A stretch of 64,000 nt of DNA from a bacterium (GTDB lineage: Bacteria; Verrucomicrobiota; Kiritimatiellia; CAIKKV01; CAITUY01): the NCBI GenBank assembly GCA_037134355.1, contig JBAXMJ010000002.1, forward strand, positions 11,111 through 75,110, given 5' to 3'. The notes under the pieces are model-generated. The model saw only the letters and a program-made list of their open reading frames with translations. It searched no databases and was not told the DNA's origin. A program made the translations under genes and the position numbers. This document shows, one piece after another, positions 54,988-64,000 of this stretch. The first letter of the stretch is position 1, and every line of letters begins with the position of its first letter.

Positions 54988-56520
54988 ATGGGTGTGACGC
55001 AAAAAATCAAGAGCCAATCTGGGCGAAAAAAAATGGCCCGCTCAGGGCGAAGGCCGGCGAGTCTCACCTTGGACGATTACCGGAGTCTGGTTGAGAATTC
55101 ACCGGATATCATTGACCGGTTTGATCATGACTTTCGCCATCTTTATGTCAATCCGGCGGGCGCCCGGGTTCACGGAGTGAGCGCGGAACAGATGATCGGC
55201 AGGACGATTCGGGAGACGGGTGTTCCCGAGCCCTTCAGTACGCTGTGGGAATCCCGGATCCGAAAGGTTTTTAAAACCGGCAAGTCCCTTGTGGTGCGGG
55301 ATACATTTCCAGTCGTCAACGGCACTCTCTATTACGAATCGCAGTGTGTTCCGGAATGTGATCCCGACGGGGCGATTCAAACTGTTCTGGTGCTTTCCAG
55401 GGATATCTCTTCGGCCGTGCGAATTAAGGAGGCGCTGAGGGAAAACGATCAGTTGTTGCAGAAAATCATTGAGCTTTCCCCCTTGTCTATGGCCATTGTC
55501 GGAATGGACGGGACAATTGAATATATCAACAGGAAGGCGATCGAGACTTTTGGGTATTCGCCAGAGGACATTCCTGCGATGGAGGAGTGGTGGGGTAAGG
55601 CTTATCCAGACAAAAGATATCGGAAACAATCCATGGCCAAATGGATGGGGCATGTTCAGAGGGCGATGGTGGAGCAGACCGAAATCCAGGGGGATGATTA
55701 CCGGGTGACCTGCAAGGATGGCACCGTGAAGACGATGTTTGTTTTCGGGATTCCGGTCGCCAGCAAGGTGTTTGTCTTGTTCATTGATGTCACTCCCTAC
55801 AAGACCCTGCAAGGAGACTTGGAGGAGATCCGGGACGGATTGGAAGTTACGGTCAGGGAGCGCACAACCAAACTCCAGGAGCTGGCGGAGGAGATCATCC
55901 GGGTTGAACATCGCGAACGGCGGCGGATTGCCTATATCCTGCATGAGGATCTTCAGCAATGGCTGGTGGCGGCGAAGTTCAAGATTGAGGAGCTTCATGA
56001 CCAGATCCAGACGCCTGCAGCCCGGGAGGCGGCGACTCGGGCGCAGTCCATGTTGGACAAAGCGCTTGAGGTGACCCGTTCACTAACCGTGGATTTGCGA
56101 CCGCCCATCATCCATGAGCGGGGCTTGAAGATGGCCCTGCGCTGGCTCGCGACGGACATGAAGCATAAATTCGCCCTGTCTGTTCAGATCAAGGTGGGGC
56201 CCGTGGCAGAGCGGATTTCGGAGGAGATGGGAATCTTTGTTTTCGAAGCGGTGCGTGAATTATTGATCAATATTGTCAAGCATTCGGGTGTCCGTGGTGC
56301 GACCGTTCAGATTAAACCCGAGGGACAGGACCAGTTCAGGGTGGAGGTTTCCGATAAGGGGCGCGGGTTTAACCCGGCCCGAACCGGAAAAAGGAAGTTC
56401 GGTCTTTTCAGCATTCGCGAGCGCGCCGATATTCTGAACGGCGACATGACCATTGTTAGTCGGCGTTGCAGGGGAACAACGATCAAATTGAAGCTCCCGT
56501 TAAAATCCAAGAAACCCTGA
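54988..56520 (+). CDS. PAS-domain sensor histidine kinase (HisKA_3/NarL-type dimerisation domain)
   Basis: 510 aa. Two PAS-like regions. H-box ..RRRIAYILHEDLQQWL... HATPase_c with G-boxes (DKGRGF; GLFSIRERA). Confidence 0.8.
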   Translation: MGVTQKIKSQSGRKKMARSGRRPASLTLDDYRSLVENSPDIIDRFDHDFRHLYVNPAGARVHGVSAEQMIGRTIRETGVPEPFSTLWESRIRKVFKTGKSLVVRDTFPVVNGTLYYESQCVPECDPDGAIQTVLVLSRDISSAVRIKEALRENDQLLQKIIELSPLSMAIVGMDGTIEYINRKAIETFGYSPEDIPAMEEWWGKAYPDKRYRKQSMAKWMGHVQRAMVEQTEIQGDDYRVTCKDGTVKTMFVFGIPVASKVFVLFIDVTPYKTLQGDLEEIRDGLEVTVRERTTKLQELAEEIIRVEHRERRRIAYILHEDLQQWLVAAKFKIEELHDQIQTPAAREAATRAQSMLDKALEVTRSLTVDLRPPIIHERGLKMALRWLATDMKHKFALSVQIKVGPVAERISEEMGIFVFEAVRELLINIVKHSGVRGATVQIKPEGQDQFRVEVSDKGRGFNPARTGKRKFGLFSIRERADILNGDMTIVSRRCRGTTIKLKLPLKSKKP

Positions 56521-56555
56521 CTTTAGGAATGCTGGAGGGGATCCTGCAAACGGGA

Positions 56556-56951
56556 TCAAGGAGTGGCGCGGGTTGCTTCGACAGCGGTGAGCCAGTCGTT
56601 CAAGTCCTGCAGGTTCACCGGTTTATGCAGCACTTTGACGCCGAATTCCATGGCCCATTTCAAGGTGACATCAGTCCACAGTCCCGAAATCAAGGCGACG
56701 TGACTGGTAGTGCACCCTTTCCGCTTCACCTCGTCGATGAACTGGATTCCGTTGACAGTGCTCATGACCAAATCTGTCACGATGACATCGGGGCAGGGGA
56801 TATCCGGGGAGCAGCTTCGTGCCGTGAAAAGAGGGCAGAGGGCAGGGTTGGAATAACATGTGACGTCGTAGCCGCGGACTTGCAGGTGTTTCTTGAGGAT
56901 CTCGAGCATGATCGGGTCATCATCGAGAATCAGCGCTTTTTTTACATTCAT
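56556..56951 (-). CDS. Single-domain response regulator (receiver only)
   Basis: 131 aa. ILDDDP phospho-acceptor region. VIVTDLVM. Conserved K (VLHKP). Confidence 0.7.
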   Translation of the reverse strand: MNVKKALILDDDPIMLEILKKHLQVRGYDVTCYSNPALCPLFTARSCSPDIPCPDVIVTDLVMSTVNGIQFIDEVKRKGCTTSHVALISGLWTDVTLKWAMEFGVKVLHKPVNLQDLNDWLTAVEATRATP

Positions 56952-57100
56952 GTCGTGTCTCTCTATCTGCTTTCTTTTTCCGGCTAACAGAGTACTCTTT
57001 TCGATCTCTAGCGCTCAAGCGCGAAAAACAGGGGGTGGGTGAGCCGAAAAGAAACTTGACGCCCCCTTGAAACTTTTCGCATCCTGCCGCTCCGAATTAT

Positions 57101-57174
57101 TGCCGGATTGTGTAATGGTAGCACAGCAGATTCTGAATCTGCTTGTCTAGGTTCGAATCCTAGTCCGGCAACCA
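57101..57174 (+). tRNA. tRNA-Gln (anticodon CUG)
   Basis: Manual cloverleaf. Acceptor TGCCGGA/TCCGGCA (U1:A72). D-arm GTGT-AATGGTA-GCAC. Anticodon stem GCAGA/TCTGC with loop TTCTGAA. T-arm CTAGG-TTCGAAT-CCTAG. Discriminator A. Encoded CCA. Confidence 0.85.
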
Positions 57175-57519
57175 ATCAACGAACCCCCTCACGCCCTTTA
57201 TTACCAAGCCGTTCAGAACATTCCGCATCCGAATTCTGCCCAACGCCTTCACTTCGGATGACACCGTTAAGGCGAAAAATGACACCGATAAGCCGTCGGT
57301 ATGCAGGTTTATGCAGGCTTGTGCAGGGGATACCAAGAAAACGGGCTATCCGACCATGATCAACGGTGATTTCCATTCATGTCACACGACGCGTCCCTTG
57401 CCCTCCGGAAGCAAGTTGCAGGACATCGACAACTTATCTTTATTTACATATATTGACAAAATGACAAGTTATGGCATACTGGCTTCAGTGAATAACAACC
57501 AGGGGAAACACATGAACAG

Positions 57520-58660
57520 CGTCATATCCATCAATCTTCGTCGCCTTCGCAGCATGAGGGGAAAGACCCAGGATGAGATCGCGACTGCCGCCGGCATCAG
57601 CAGGGTGGCCTACAGGAACATTGAAACGGGTACTTCGGAACCTCGCTCAGGCACTCTGGATGCCATTGCAGGGGCTTTGGGTGTGGATATCCTTGCCTTG
57701 GCCACCCCCGTACCCCAACCGACCACGCTTCGCTTTCGTGCCCACAAGGGACTGACTGCCCAGGAGCGGGCGGAAAGGACTCAACTGGTTACGGATACCC
57801 TGAACTGGCTGACGGACTTCAAGGAACTTGAAGACGTCTTGGATGAGAAGAGGCCATCTGTCCTGTCATCAAAGAGCCGACAGACCTCCGATATAGCCGC
57901 TCTGGCGGAAAAAGTCCGTCGTGAGGATTTCAAGGTTGACTGTTCTGCCTGCCTGCCTGACATCTGTGACATTCTCGAAAACGGGGGGATAAAAGTTCGT
58001 GTTCTCCAGTCCAACATCAAAGGATTCTCCGGGTTTTCGGTCGGCAAGGCGGATGGCGGACCTGCTGTCGTGGTCAACACCCTTTCCACCATCCCGGTCG
58101 AACGGCGGATCTTCACGGCAGCCCATGAGCTTGGCCACTTGATCCTTCATCGCAACTCCTTCGACCCCACTGTTGAAACCGAGGACAGCAACGAGGAGCA
58201 CGAGGCTGACATTTTCGCATCGTACTTCCTCATGCCGAGCAAACAGTTCCAGGATGAATGGACTCGCAACCGTGGCCTTCACTGGGTTGATCGGGTACTG
58301 AAGACCAAAAGGGCATTCCGCGTCAGTTGGATGACCGTCCTATTCCGCCTGTGCGAACTCAAGCAGGCGGACAGGAGGAAGATCTTCTGGCAGTTCTCAT
58401 CGGCCTACAAGAGCAGGTTCGGCAAGGAACTGAGCTACAAGCATGAGCCGGATTCGGCGACGACCATGATGGCCCCCACCCAGCCCAGCCAGGAGCCTGA
58501 CCGCCTGACCGAATATGACTTCTATGAGGACAGGTTTGACCGTCTGGTCCGCAAGGCACTTGAAAAGGACGAGATCAGTGTCAGCCGGGCCGCCGAGATG
58601 TTGGCTATAAGCGTCAAGGAAATGCAGGAACTGGTATTGGAATGGAGGGAACACGAGTGA
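57520..58660 (+). CDS. XRE-family HTH fused to an ImmA/IrrE-type (COG2856) zinc metallopeptidase domain
   Basis: Probable start is ATGAAC after an AGGGGA SD; the track ORF starts upstream at 57311. HTH GKTQDEIATAAGISRVAYRNIETG. Metallopeptidase HELGH motif (TAAHELGHLILH). Upstream -35 TTGACA and a TGACAA direct repeat. Confidence 0.75.
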
Positions 58661-59169
58661 CCTCCCAGCGACCGGTCTTGTTGATCTCTGACGCCTGCGT
58701 GTTGATTGACTTCTGCAAAGCCGGTTGCCATGACATCCTTTCCCTTGTATCCCGTCACATCCTGCCGATCCATGTGCCTTTCGTGGTACTCAAGGAAGTC
58801 GACCATCTTGACAAGGGCAAGGCGGAGAGAATCGGCATCACTGTTGTCGAGGTCACAGTCACTCAGATCCAGGAGGCGACAGCCGTTCGCGGAGGGCCAT
58901 CACAGCAGGATCGTCTTTGCCTGATTGTCGCAAAAGACAGCGGTGGTGCCGTCTGGTCCAATGACAAGAAGCTCAGAGCCCTCTGCAAGGAGCATGGAGT
59001 CACATCCTATTGGGGGCTGGAGATCATTCTCTTGCTTGTCAAAGGGAACCATCTGGACGGGAAAAGGGCTCACGAAGCAGCAACCCTGATCCATAAAATC
59101 GACCCCCATTACATCACAACAGAAGTGTTGGAGGACTTCTTCAGGAAACTGACAGTGTTGATCAAATAA
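58642..59169 (+). CDS. PIN-like domain protein (DUF4411/DUF3368-type), putative toxin partner of the COG2856 protein
   Basis: 175 aa. Start overlaps the upstream stop. Acidic residues in PIN-like positions (LISDACVLIDF; SNDKK). This family is a known genomic partner of ImmA-like COG2856 proteins. Confidence 0.55.
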   Translation: MEGTRVTSQRPVLLISDACVLIDFCKAGCHDILSLVSRHILPIHVPFVVLKEVDHLDKGKAERIGITVVEVTVTQIQEATAVRGGPSQQDRLCLIVAKDSGGAVWSNDKKLRALCKEHGVTSYWGLEIILLLVKGNHLDGKRAHEAATLIHKIDPHYITTEVLEDFFRKLTVLIK

Positions 59170-59195
59170 AAAGGGGACGGCTGTAACCGTCCCCT
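59166..59195. terminator. Bidirectional-type intrinsic terminator hairpin after the PIN-like gene
   Basis: AAATAAAA-AGGGGACGG-CTGTAA-CCGTCCCCT. On the opposite strand it reads hairpin+TTTTTATTT. Confidence 0.5.
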
Positions 59196-59300
59196 CAAGA
59201 GAAATTCCGCACGGGAACACTCGGATCCCAACGCGGAAACCAGCCAGAAATATCTCCACCTGATGGACGGAGAATATATTTCCAGAATGGTCTGGTCAAG

Positions 59301-59504
59301 GTGTTCCGAACAGAATTCAAGAGGTACACAATGGCTACCAATAAACCCATAGGCGACAACGCCCGGGTTGGTGCTGTCCGTGAACGATCGCAGACCTTCA
59401 ATCCCCACACGGGATCGTGGGTCAAACGCGATACGGGATCAGGTCAGTTCATTGACCAGAAGGCGGATCAACATCCCTTCAAGGGTGTTCGTAAAGAGAA
59501 GTAG
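59301..59504 (+). CDS. Small hypothetical protein (57-67 aa) inside the integrated remnant
   Basis: MATNKPIGDNARVGAVRERSQTFNPHTGSWVKRDTGSGQFIDQKADQHPFKGVRKEK. Followed by the hairpin GGGGCTCGGG..CCCGAGCCCC. Could be a coding gene; low confidence. Confidence 0.3.
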   Translation: MFRTEFKRYTMATNKPIGDNARVGAVRERSQTFNPHTGSWVKRDTGSGQFIDQKADQHPFKGVRKEK

Positions 59505-59777
59505 AACACAGGGGCTCGGGCCTCAAAACCCGAGCCCCCTAATTCCATACGGACTGAATCCCTGCTCTCTGTCCCCTCATGTCCCTTCTTGTCCCCTCAT
59601 GTCACCCGCCCCCCTCATTCGGTACAAAACAGTTTGATTCGGTACAAAACATTGGATATATTGAAATTTTCGTGGGTGATATCCGGCTTCGAATCCTAGT
59701 CCGGCAACCAATCCCCCCTTTGTTTTCGAGCCGGTTTTGTTGGGTGCTGGGTCATAGCCCGAAAGTGGTGACGACGG

Positions 59778-61544
59778 TCACTTCAGGGGCGCGGTGAAGG
59801 CCGTATCGAAAGTGACTTCGGCGGAACGCTTGAGGAGCGGGCGATTCTGTTTCATGGCATCCTTCAGATCGGCGGCAGCATCCTCGTCGTACCACCAATA
59901 CCAGGGAGCCCCACTCTCGTTGTTGTATTTCCCGAGGACGGTAGGCGGGGTGCCGAACTTATTCCAGTAGACGAGGCGTTTGTAATTAATGTTCCAGAGC
60001 AAGGCGTAAGGGTATTGGGCGAAAACGATCCGGTCAATGTCCCGGCAGAGGGCGTGGCGGGCGGCGACATCGAACATGGGTTTCTGCTTTTCAATGAGGG
60101 CATCTACGGTGCTGTCCTTGAACCCACTGATGTTGCTGCTCATTTTCCGGTCGGCTTCACGGGATGACCAGGGTCCCTCGGGATCCTTGAACAGGGATGA
60201 CCCGAAGGCGGCCCAGGTCATATCGAAGTTGAATTCATCCATGTCGCGGGTCCAGGCGGCCTGATCCTTGGAATCAATTTGCATGTCAATTCCCGCATCA
60301 CGCAGATCCTCGGCGACAATGGATAGGAATTTCCCCGAGGAGGCTTCGCGTTCCAGAAAGCGGAAACGGAAAGGATGCCCATCCTTTTCTAGCAGCCCGG
60401 TGGCCGGATTAGCTTTCCAGCCCGCCTCGGCAAGAAGTTTCCGCGCCTGATCCTTGTCGAAGGCAGTCAGTGGGTTCGGGCACGGATGCCCGGCGTCGTA
60501 GAGATCCTCAACGTAGGACCGGTGGAGGAAATACTGGTTGTACATCAGCGTGGCGTTCATGCGTTCGCGGTTGACCAGGTGACAGAGCGCCTTCCTGACG
60601 CGGACATCATCAAAAGGGGGCCTCCGCATGTTCATGGCGAATCCTTGAAATCCAATCGGATCGTAGTTGGATATCTTTTGCCGGATGATCCAATTATTCG
60701 AGAATTTCTCGCCACTGGTTTCATTCATCCAGAGCCGTGCCATATAGATTGGGAAAAGATCGAATTCGCCCTTTCTGAAGGCTTCAAAGGCGGTTTCCTG
60801 GGAGTCGTAGAATTTGTATTTCAGGGTCTGAAAATTGGCGATTCCCCGGGAGGAGGCCGAGTTCCGGTTCCACCAGTCGGCGCGGCGTTCGAGGGTGACG
60901 GAAAGGCCTTCCCGGACCGTTCCCATCCGGTAGGGGCCTGAAACAACGGGGAACTCGAAATTGATCTTATTGAAATCCAGTTTCTCGAAAGCGTGGCGGG
61001 GCAGGATCTGGAGGGATCCGACGGCGCCCAGGTTGCGCCAGTGGACTTCCGTGGTGGTGAAGCGGATACACCGGTCATCGACCACGACGGGGCTGGAAAA
61101 CTTCTCGAGGGCGACCTTGTGGGGACCGGTGAGATTGGCCGGGTTCATGATCGCATCGAATGTCCACTTTACATCGGCAGCGGTGACGGGGCGGCCATCG
61201 CTCCAAGTGGCCTTCGGGTTCAGCCAGAAGGTGAAGGTGCGCTTGTCGTCTGAAATCGACCATTTTTCAGCCAGGCCGGGTTCATAGTCTGGTGAGAGGG
61301 GATTCAGGGAGAGCAGCGATTCATAAAGCATGCTGAAGAGGTCGGCGCTGAAGGAGTTGTTGTCGAGATAGGGATTGAAGCTCTTGGGGAATTGAAATCC
61401 GAAGGTTGATAGTTCTCCGCCGGGCACGGCGTCCGGGGAGGCGAGCGGGTTGGGTTTATCCGTCCAGCCGGGCTTTGGAAAACATTCCTCGGCGTAGTTC
61501 GGGAGGACTGTGGCGAGTAGAAGGCAGAGGAGGACGGGTTTCAT
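59778..61544 (-). CDS. ABC transporter substrate-binding protein, family 5 (oligopeptide/dipeptide-type)
   Basis: 588 aa. Signal peptide MKPVLLCLLLATVLPNYA. SBP_bac_5 blocks (..LNPKATWSDGRPVTAADVKWTFD..). Confidence 0.8.
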   Translation of the reverse strand: MKPVLLCLLLATVLPNYAEECFPKPGWTDKPNPLASPDAVPGGELSTFGFQFPKSFNPYLDNNSFSADLFSMLYESLLSLNPLSPDYEPGLAEKWSISDDKRTFTFWLNPKATWSDGRPVTAADVKWTFDAIMNPANLTGPHKVALEKFSSPVVVDDRCIRFTTTEVHWRNLGAVGSLQILPRHAFEKLDFNKINFEFPVVSGPYRMGTVREGLSVTLERRADWWNRNSASSRGIANFQTLKYKFYDSQETAFEAFRKGEFDLFPIYMARLWMNETSGEKFSNNWIIRQKISNYDPIGFQGFAMNMRRPPFDDVRVRKALCHLVNRERMNATLMYNQYFLHRSYVEDLYDAGHPCPNPLTAFDKDQARKLLAEAGWKANPATGLLEKDGHPFRFRFLEREASSGKFLSIVAEDLRDAGIDMQIDSKDQAAWTRDMDEFNFDMTWAAFGSSLFKDPEGPWSSREADRKMSSNISGFKDSTVDALIEKQKPMFDVAARHALCRDIDRIVFAQYPYALLWNINYKRLVYWNKFGTPPTVLGKYNNESGAPWYWWYDEDAAADLKDAMKQNRPLLKRSAEVTFDTAFTAPLK

Positions 61545-61549
61545 GGGGG

Positions 61550-62311
61550 TTAGCTCAGCAAAGCGGCGGTGGCTTTCAGGAGGTCGGCAGGATTGTTGGA
61601 GGGGATAAACCGGGTTACGTTGATAAACTTATCGCCGGGTTTATGAATACCGCTGGCATCATAGAGAATGATGGCGATGCCGCGGGCCGTGGTGTAGTCG
61701 GCCAGGCTTTCGGCTATGGCGCTTCCGGTGGTTCCGGAAAGGAGGGATTTGAGAAGGATCACGGACGGCGAATGGAATTGAAGGGTTTGGGCGAGGGCAT
61801 GGCCGTCGGTGATCGTCAAGGTGTCATATCCGGCGATGGTAAAGGAGGTTTTCAAGCGCATGTTCAGGGTGGGATCGTCCTCTAGAATCAGGACAACGCG
61901 ACGTGACTTGGGTCCCGCGTGAGGCTCCACGTGGACCTCTTTCCGGGTTTTGAGGAGGATCCGTTTGACTTCCGCAAGGAGCTGGGTCGGATCGCTTGTT
62001 TTAGTCAGGAATCCTTCCACGGCGGTGGTCTTGAAGAATGCCTCCATGTTAGCGCGGGCGGTAAAAACCAGGATCGGGTAGTGGGGTTTCCCGTCGGGGC
62101 CGGATAGTTTTTTCAAGAGGGCAAGACCGGTCATGCCGGGCATGCTGATATCCAGGATGATGAGGTCAGGAGTCTGGCGACGCATGGCCAGAATGGCTTC
62201 CTCTCCGGTTTGGGCGGTGGTCAAGTCGTATCCCTCAAGTTTCAAAAGATCGCCAACGGTCAGGAGCAGGCTGGGTTCGTCATCAACGAGCAGGATTTGT
62301 GCGGGGGTCAT
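61550..62311 (-). CDS. Response regulator with a receiver domain plus a second degenerate receiver-like domain
   Basis: Probable start MTPAQILLVDDEPS at about 62311; the track ORF extends to 62401 and overlaps the upstream kinase. DISMPGMTG. Second module ILEDDPTLNMRL. Confidence 0.65.
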   Translation of the reverse strand: MTPAQILLVDDEPSLLLTVGDLLKLEGYDLTTAQTGEEAILAMRRQTPDLIILDISMPGMTGLALLKKLSGPDGKPHYPILVFTARANMEAFFKTTAVEGFLTKTSDPTQLLAEVKRILLKTRKEVHVEPHAGPKSRRVVLILEDDPTLNMRLKTSFTIAGYDTLTITDGHALAQTLQFHSPSVILLKSLLSGTTGSAIAESLADYTTARGIAIILYDASGIHKPGDKFINVTRFIPSNNPADLLKATAALLS

Positions 62312-64000
62312 GGGCTGGTTTCCTTTCCGGATGGTGTCTGAAAAACGGTCATACCAAGCAAGGCACTCTCGATGTTTTCCGTGAGTTCCCGTGAATTCCA
62401 TGGTTTGGGAAGGGTGGGAATGGAAAAGCGGGAGAGGACTTCTGAAGTGGATTCGTCCAGGGTAGCGCCTGTGATTGCGATGATGGGGATGTAGCGTATT
62501 GTGGGAGAGCCGCGCAAGGTGAGAATGACGGTGACCCCGTTGATATCCTCCAGGATCAGGTCGAGAAGAATGAGATCCGGCCGGCTCGCCTCCGCCGTGA
62601 GGATGGTTTCCTGTCCGCTTTGGGTGGTGATGACGCGATAGCCGAAGGTGGACAGGTGGAGCTTCAAAAGGTTTTGTATTACCGTGTCATTATCAGCCAC
62701 GAGAATGGTGGGCGGCTCACCGAGGGGGAGGGTCAGCGAGATTTCCGTTCCTTTTTCCTGTCCGGGTGGCGGGCTGGCGATTGAGAGGGTGCCGCCGTGG
62801 AGGATGATGATTTCCTTGGAGATGGCAAGGCCCAGGCCTGAGCCTGAGGCGTGGTTGCTGGCCCTGAAATAACGCTGGGTCACCCGGTCCATGGCGTCCG
62901 GCGGGATCCCGATGCCCGTATCCGTGACGGTGATCCGGGCGAACGCCTGCTCCGCCTCCGGCCGGACGCTGAGCGTGATGGTGCCGCCCGGCGGGGTGAA
63001 TTTGACCGCATTACCCAGGATGTTGTACAGCACCCGCTGAATCATGTTGGGATCGCAACGCACGAAGCGGGTGCGTGGATCCAGGGTGGCGGTTATCACG
63101 ATTCCGGCGGCGTCGGCCTGGGGACGCAGAGCTTCCAGGCAACGCCTGACCAGATGTCCGAGCGGGGCGGTGATGGGTGAAAGGGTCAGGGACTGGTTAT
63201 CCAGTTTGCCGAGATCCAGGATGTCGTTGATGGTGGCGACCAGACGCTGGCATTCGACGTCGAACAGTTTCAGGTAGCGGATTGCATGGTCGGGAAGGGG
63301 ACCGGCGATCCCTTTCAGGAGATTCCGGACCCCGTACATCATGGAGGTCAAAGGGGTTTTCAATTCATGCGAGACATTGGCCACGAATTCGGATTTGGCC
63401 TGGTTGTTTTGCTCCAGCCGGATGACGGCTGAACGCAGGTCGTCCTCGGTCTGCTTGCGCTCCGTGAAATCATGAAAGAGGGCCAGGATATATTTCGTAC
63501 CGCTCAGGAGGATGGGGCGGGCGCTGACCAGAATGTTACGGACTTTCCCGGAGCGGGTGCGGTGGAGGGATTCGAATACCTCGGCGCCCTGACTCAGGAT
63601 CCTGTCGATATGCTGCCGGGATTGTTCCGGGGTTTCGCGCGCCTCAATATCGCTGATGGTCAGTTTCCGGAACTCCTCCCGGGTATAATCGAGCTGCCGG
63701 AAGGCCTGGCTGTTGAAGTCTACAAAGGCGCCGGCCGGGATGGAGATGAGGATGATGGCATCCATGGCCTCTTCGAAGATGATCCGGTAGCGTTCCTCAG
63801 TCTCGCGGAGTTGGCGTTCAATGGTTTCGCGCCGGTCGATTTCCTGCTGCAGGGCGGTGATGGCATCGCACAGTTCAGCGGTTCGTGTTTCAACGCGTTT
63901 TTCAAGGTTGTCGCGGGCGGCGCGAAGTTCGTTTTCCAGCCGGAACCGGTGCAGGGAGTGGCGGATAACACGGTCAAGCATCTCGGAGTCATATTTCCCC
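62308..64000 (-). CDS. Hybrid sensor histidine kinase (PAS, HisKA, HATPase, C-terminal receiver); N-terminus probably beyond the window
   Basis: H-box VSHELKTPLTSMMYGV. HATPase GSGLGLAISKEIIILHGG. C-terminal REC (ILVADNDTVI..LILLDLIL). The frame stays open up to position 64000. Confidence 0.75.
   Translation of the reverse strand, partial: GKYDSEMLDRVIRHSLHRFRLENELRAARDNLEKRVETRTAELCDAITALQQEIDRRETIERQLRETEERYRIIFEEAMDAIILISIPAGAFVDFNSQAFRQLDYTREEFRKLTISDIEARETPEQSRQHIDRILSQGAEVFESLHRTRSGKVRNILVSARPILLSGTKYILALFHDFTERKQTEDDLRSAVIRLEQNNQAKSEFVANVSHELKTPLTSMMYGVRNLLKGIAGPLPDHAIRYLKLFDVECQRLVATINDILDLGKLDNQSLTLSPITAPLGHLVRRCLEALRPQADAAGIVITATLDPRTRFVRCDPNMIQRVLYNILGNAVKFTPPGGTITLSVRPEAEQAFARITVTDTGIGIPPDAMDRVTQRYFRASNHASGSGLGLAISKEIIILHGGTLSIASPPPGQEKGTEISLTLPLGEPPTILVADNDTVIQNLLKLHLSTFGYRVITTQSGQETILTAEASRPDLILLDLILEDINGVTVILTLRGSPTIRYIPIIAITGATLDESTSEVLSRFSIPTLPKPWNSRELTENIESALLGMTVFQTPSGKETSP

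Larger units (their letters stand above)
57178..59712 (+). mobile_element. Integrated element remnant (about 2.5 kb) at the tRNA-Gln 3' end; no integrase
   Basis: 26-nt exact repeat of the tRNA 3' end (TTCGAATCCTAGTCCGGCAACCAATC) at 57152-57177 and 59687-59712, i.e. attL/attR-like. Interior carries an XRE-HTH/ImmA fusion, a PIN-like gene and a small ORF. Arm-type direct repeats near both ends (TATGCAGG x3 at 57300-57335; GTCCCCTCATGTC x2 and ATTCGGTACAAAACA x2 at 59570-59652). Confidence 0.65.

Noticed and set aside
57311-57519. Upstream extension of the XRE-ImmA ORF (MQACAGDTKK...)
   Set aside because: No SD. The extension overlaps arm-type repeats and the promoter. The ATGAAC at about 57520 has an AGGGGA SD and begins the HTH domain directly.

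Overview
This is a high-GC (about 62-65%) bacterial chromosomal segment. The gene content suggests a PVC-superphylum-like organism (Verrucomicrobia, Planctomycetes or Kiritimatiellae type), but that is an inference: giant secreted multidomain paralogs, GH95-like/DUF5703-like hydrolases, several URO-D/MtaA-like paralogs, and no SusC/SusD.

Layout, left to right:
- A low-GC (about 47%) accessory patch carries a large partial gene on the minus strand. It is followed by a dense field of repeats: a MITE-like element with 23-bp terminal inverted repeats and an 8-bp flanking direct repeat, a 27-bp-arm palindrome, a hexamer-repeat hairpin, and two about 167-bp direct repeats that bracket a secreted SGNH/sialate-O-acetylesterase-like gene.
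- Two co-directional plus-strand operons of about 16 kb each look glycan-related, governed by a divergent AraC regulator and a central GntR/sugar-binding regulator. Together they encode a Zn-alcohol dehydrogenase, three URO-D/MtaA-like proteins, a Gfo/Idh/MocA oxidoreductase, two GH95-like hydrolases, two beta-helix/PKD proteins, three giant paralogous secreted proteins (FlgD-Ig-like + beta-propeller + CBM9-like), a GH2 and a GH3.
- The first operon contains a mosaic segmental duplication: a decayed copy of the GntR gene, a chimeric beta-helix gene, and an identical leader-plus-signal-peptide cassette shared by two unrelated genes.
- Further right: a DUF1016 pseudogene, the DUF2339/DUF3999/pgsA cluster, a D-aminoacylase, sensor kinases, an ExeA-like ATPase, a DUF885 protein, and glnK-amtB with a porin-like OMP.
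- A tRNA-Gln(CUG) is followed by a 2.5-kb integrated remnant bounded by a 26-bp repeat of the tRNA 3' end. The remnant carries an XRE-HTH/ImmA(COG2856) fusion plus a PIN-like gene and has no integrase.
- The window ends with an oligopeptide-type SBP and two-component proteins.

The many long antisense ORFs in the track are GC-bias artifacts.
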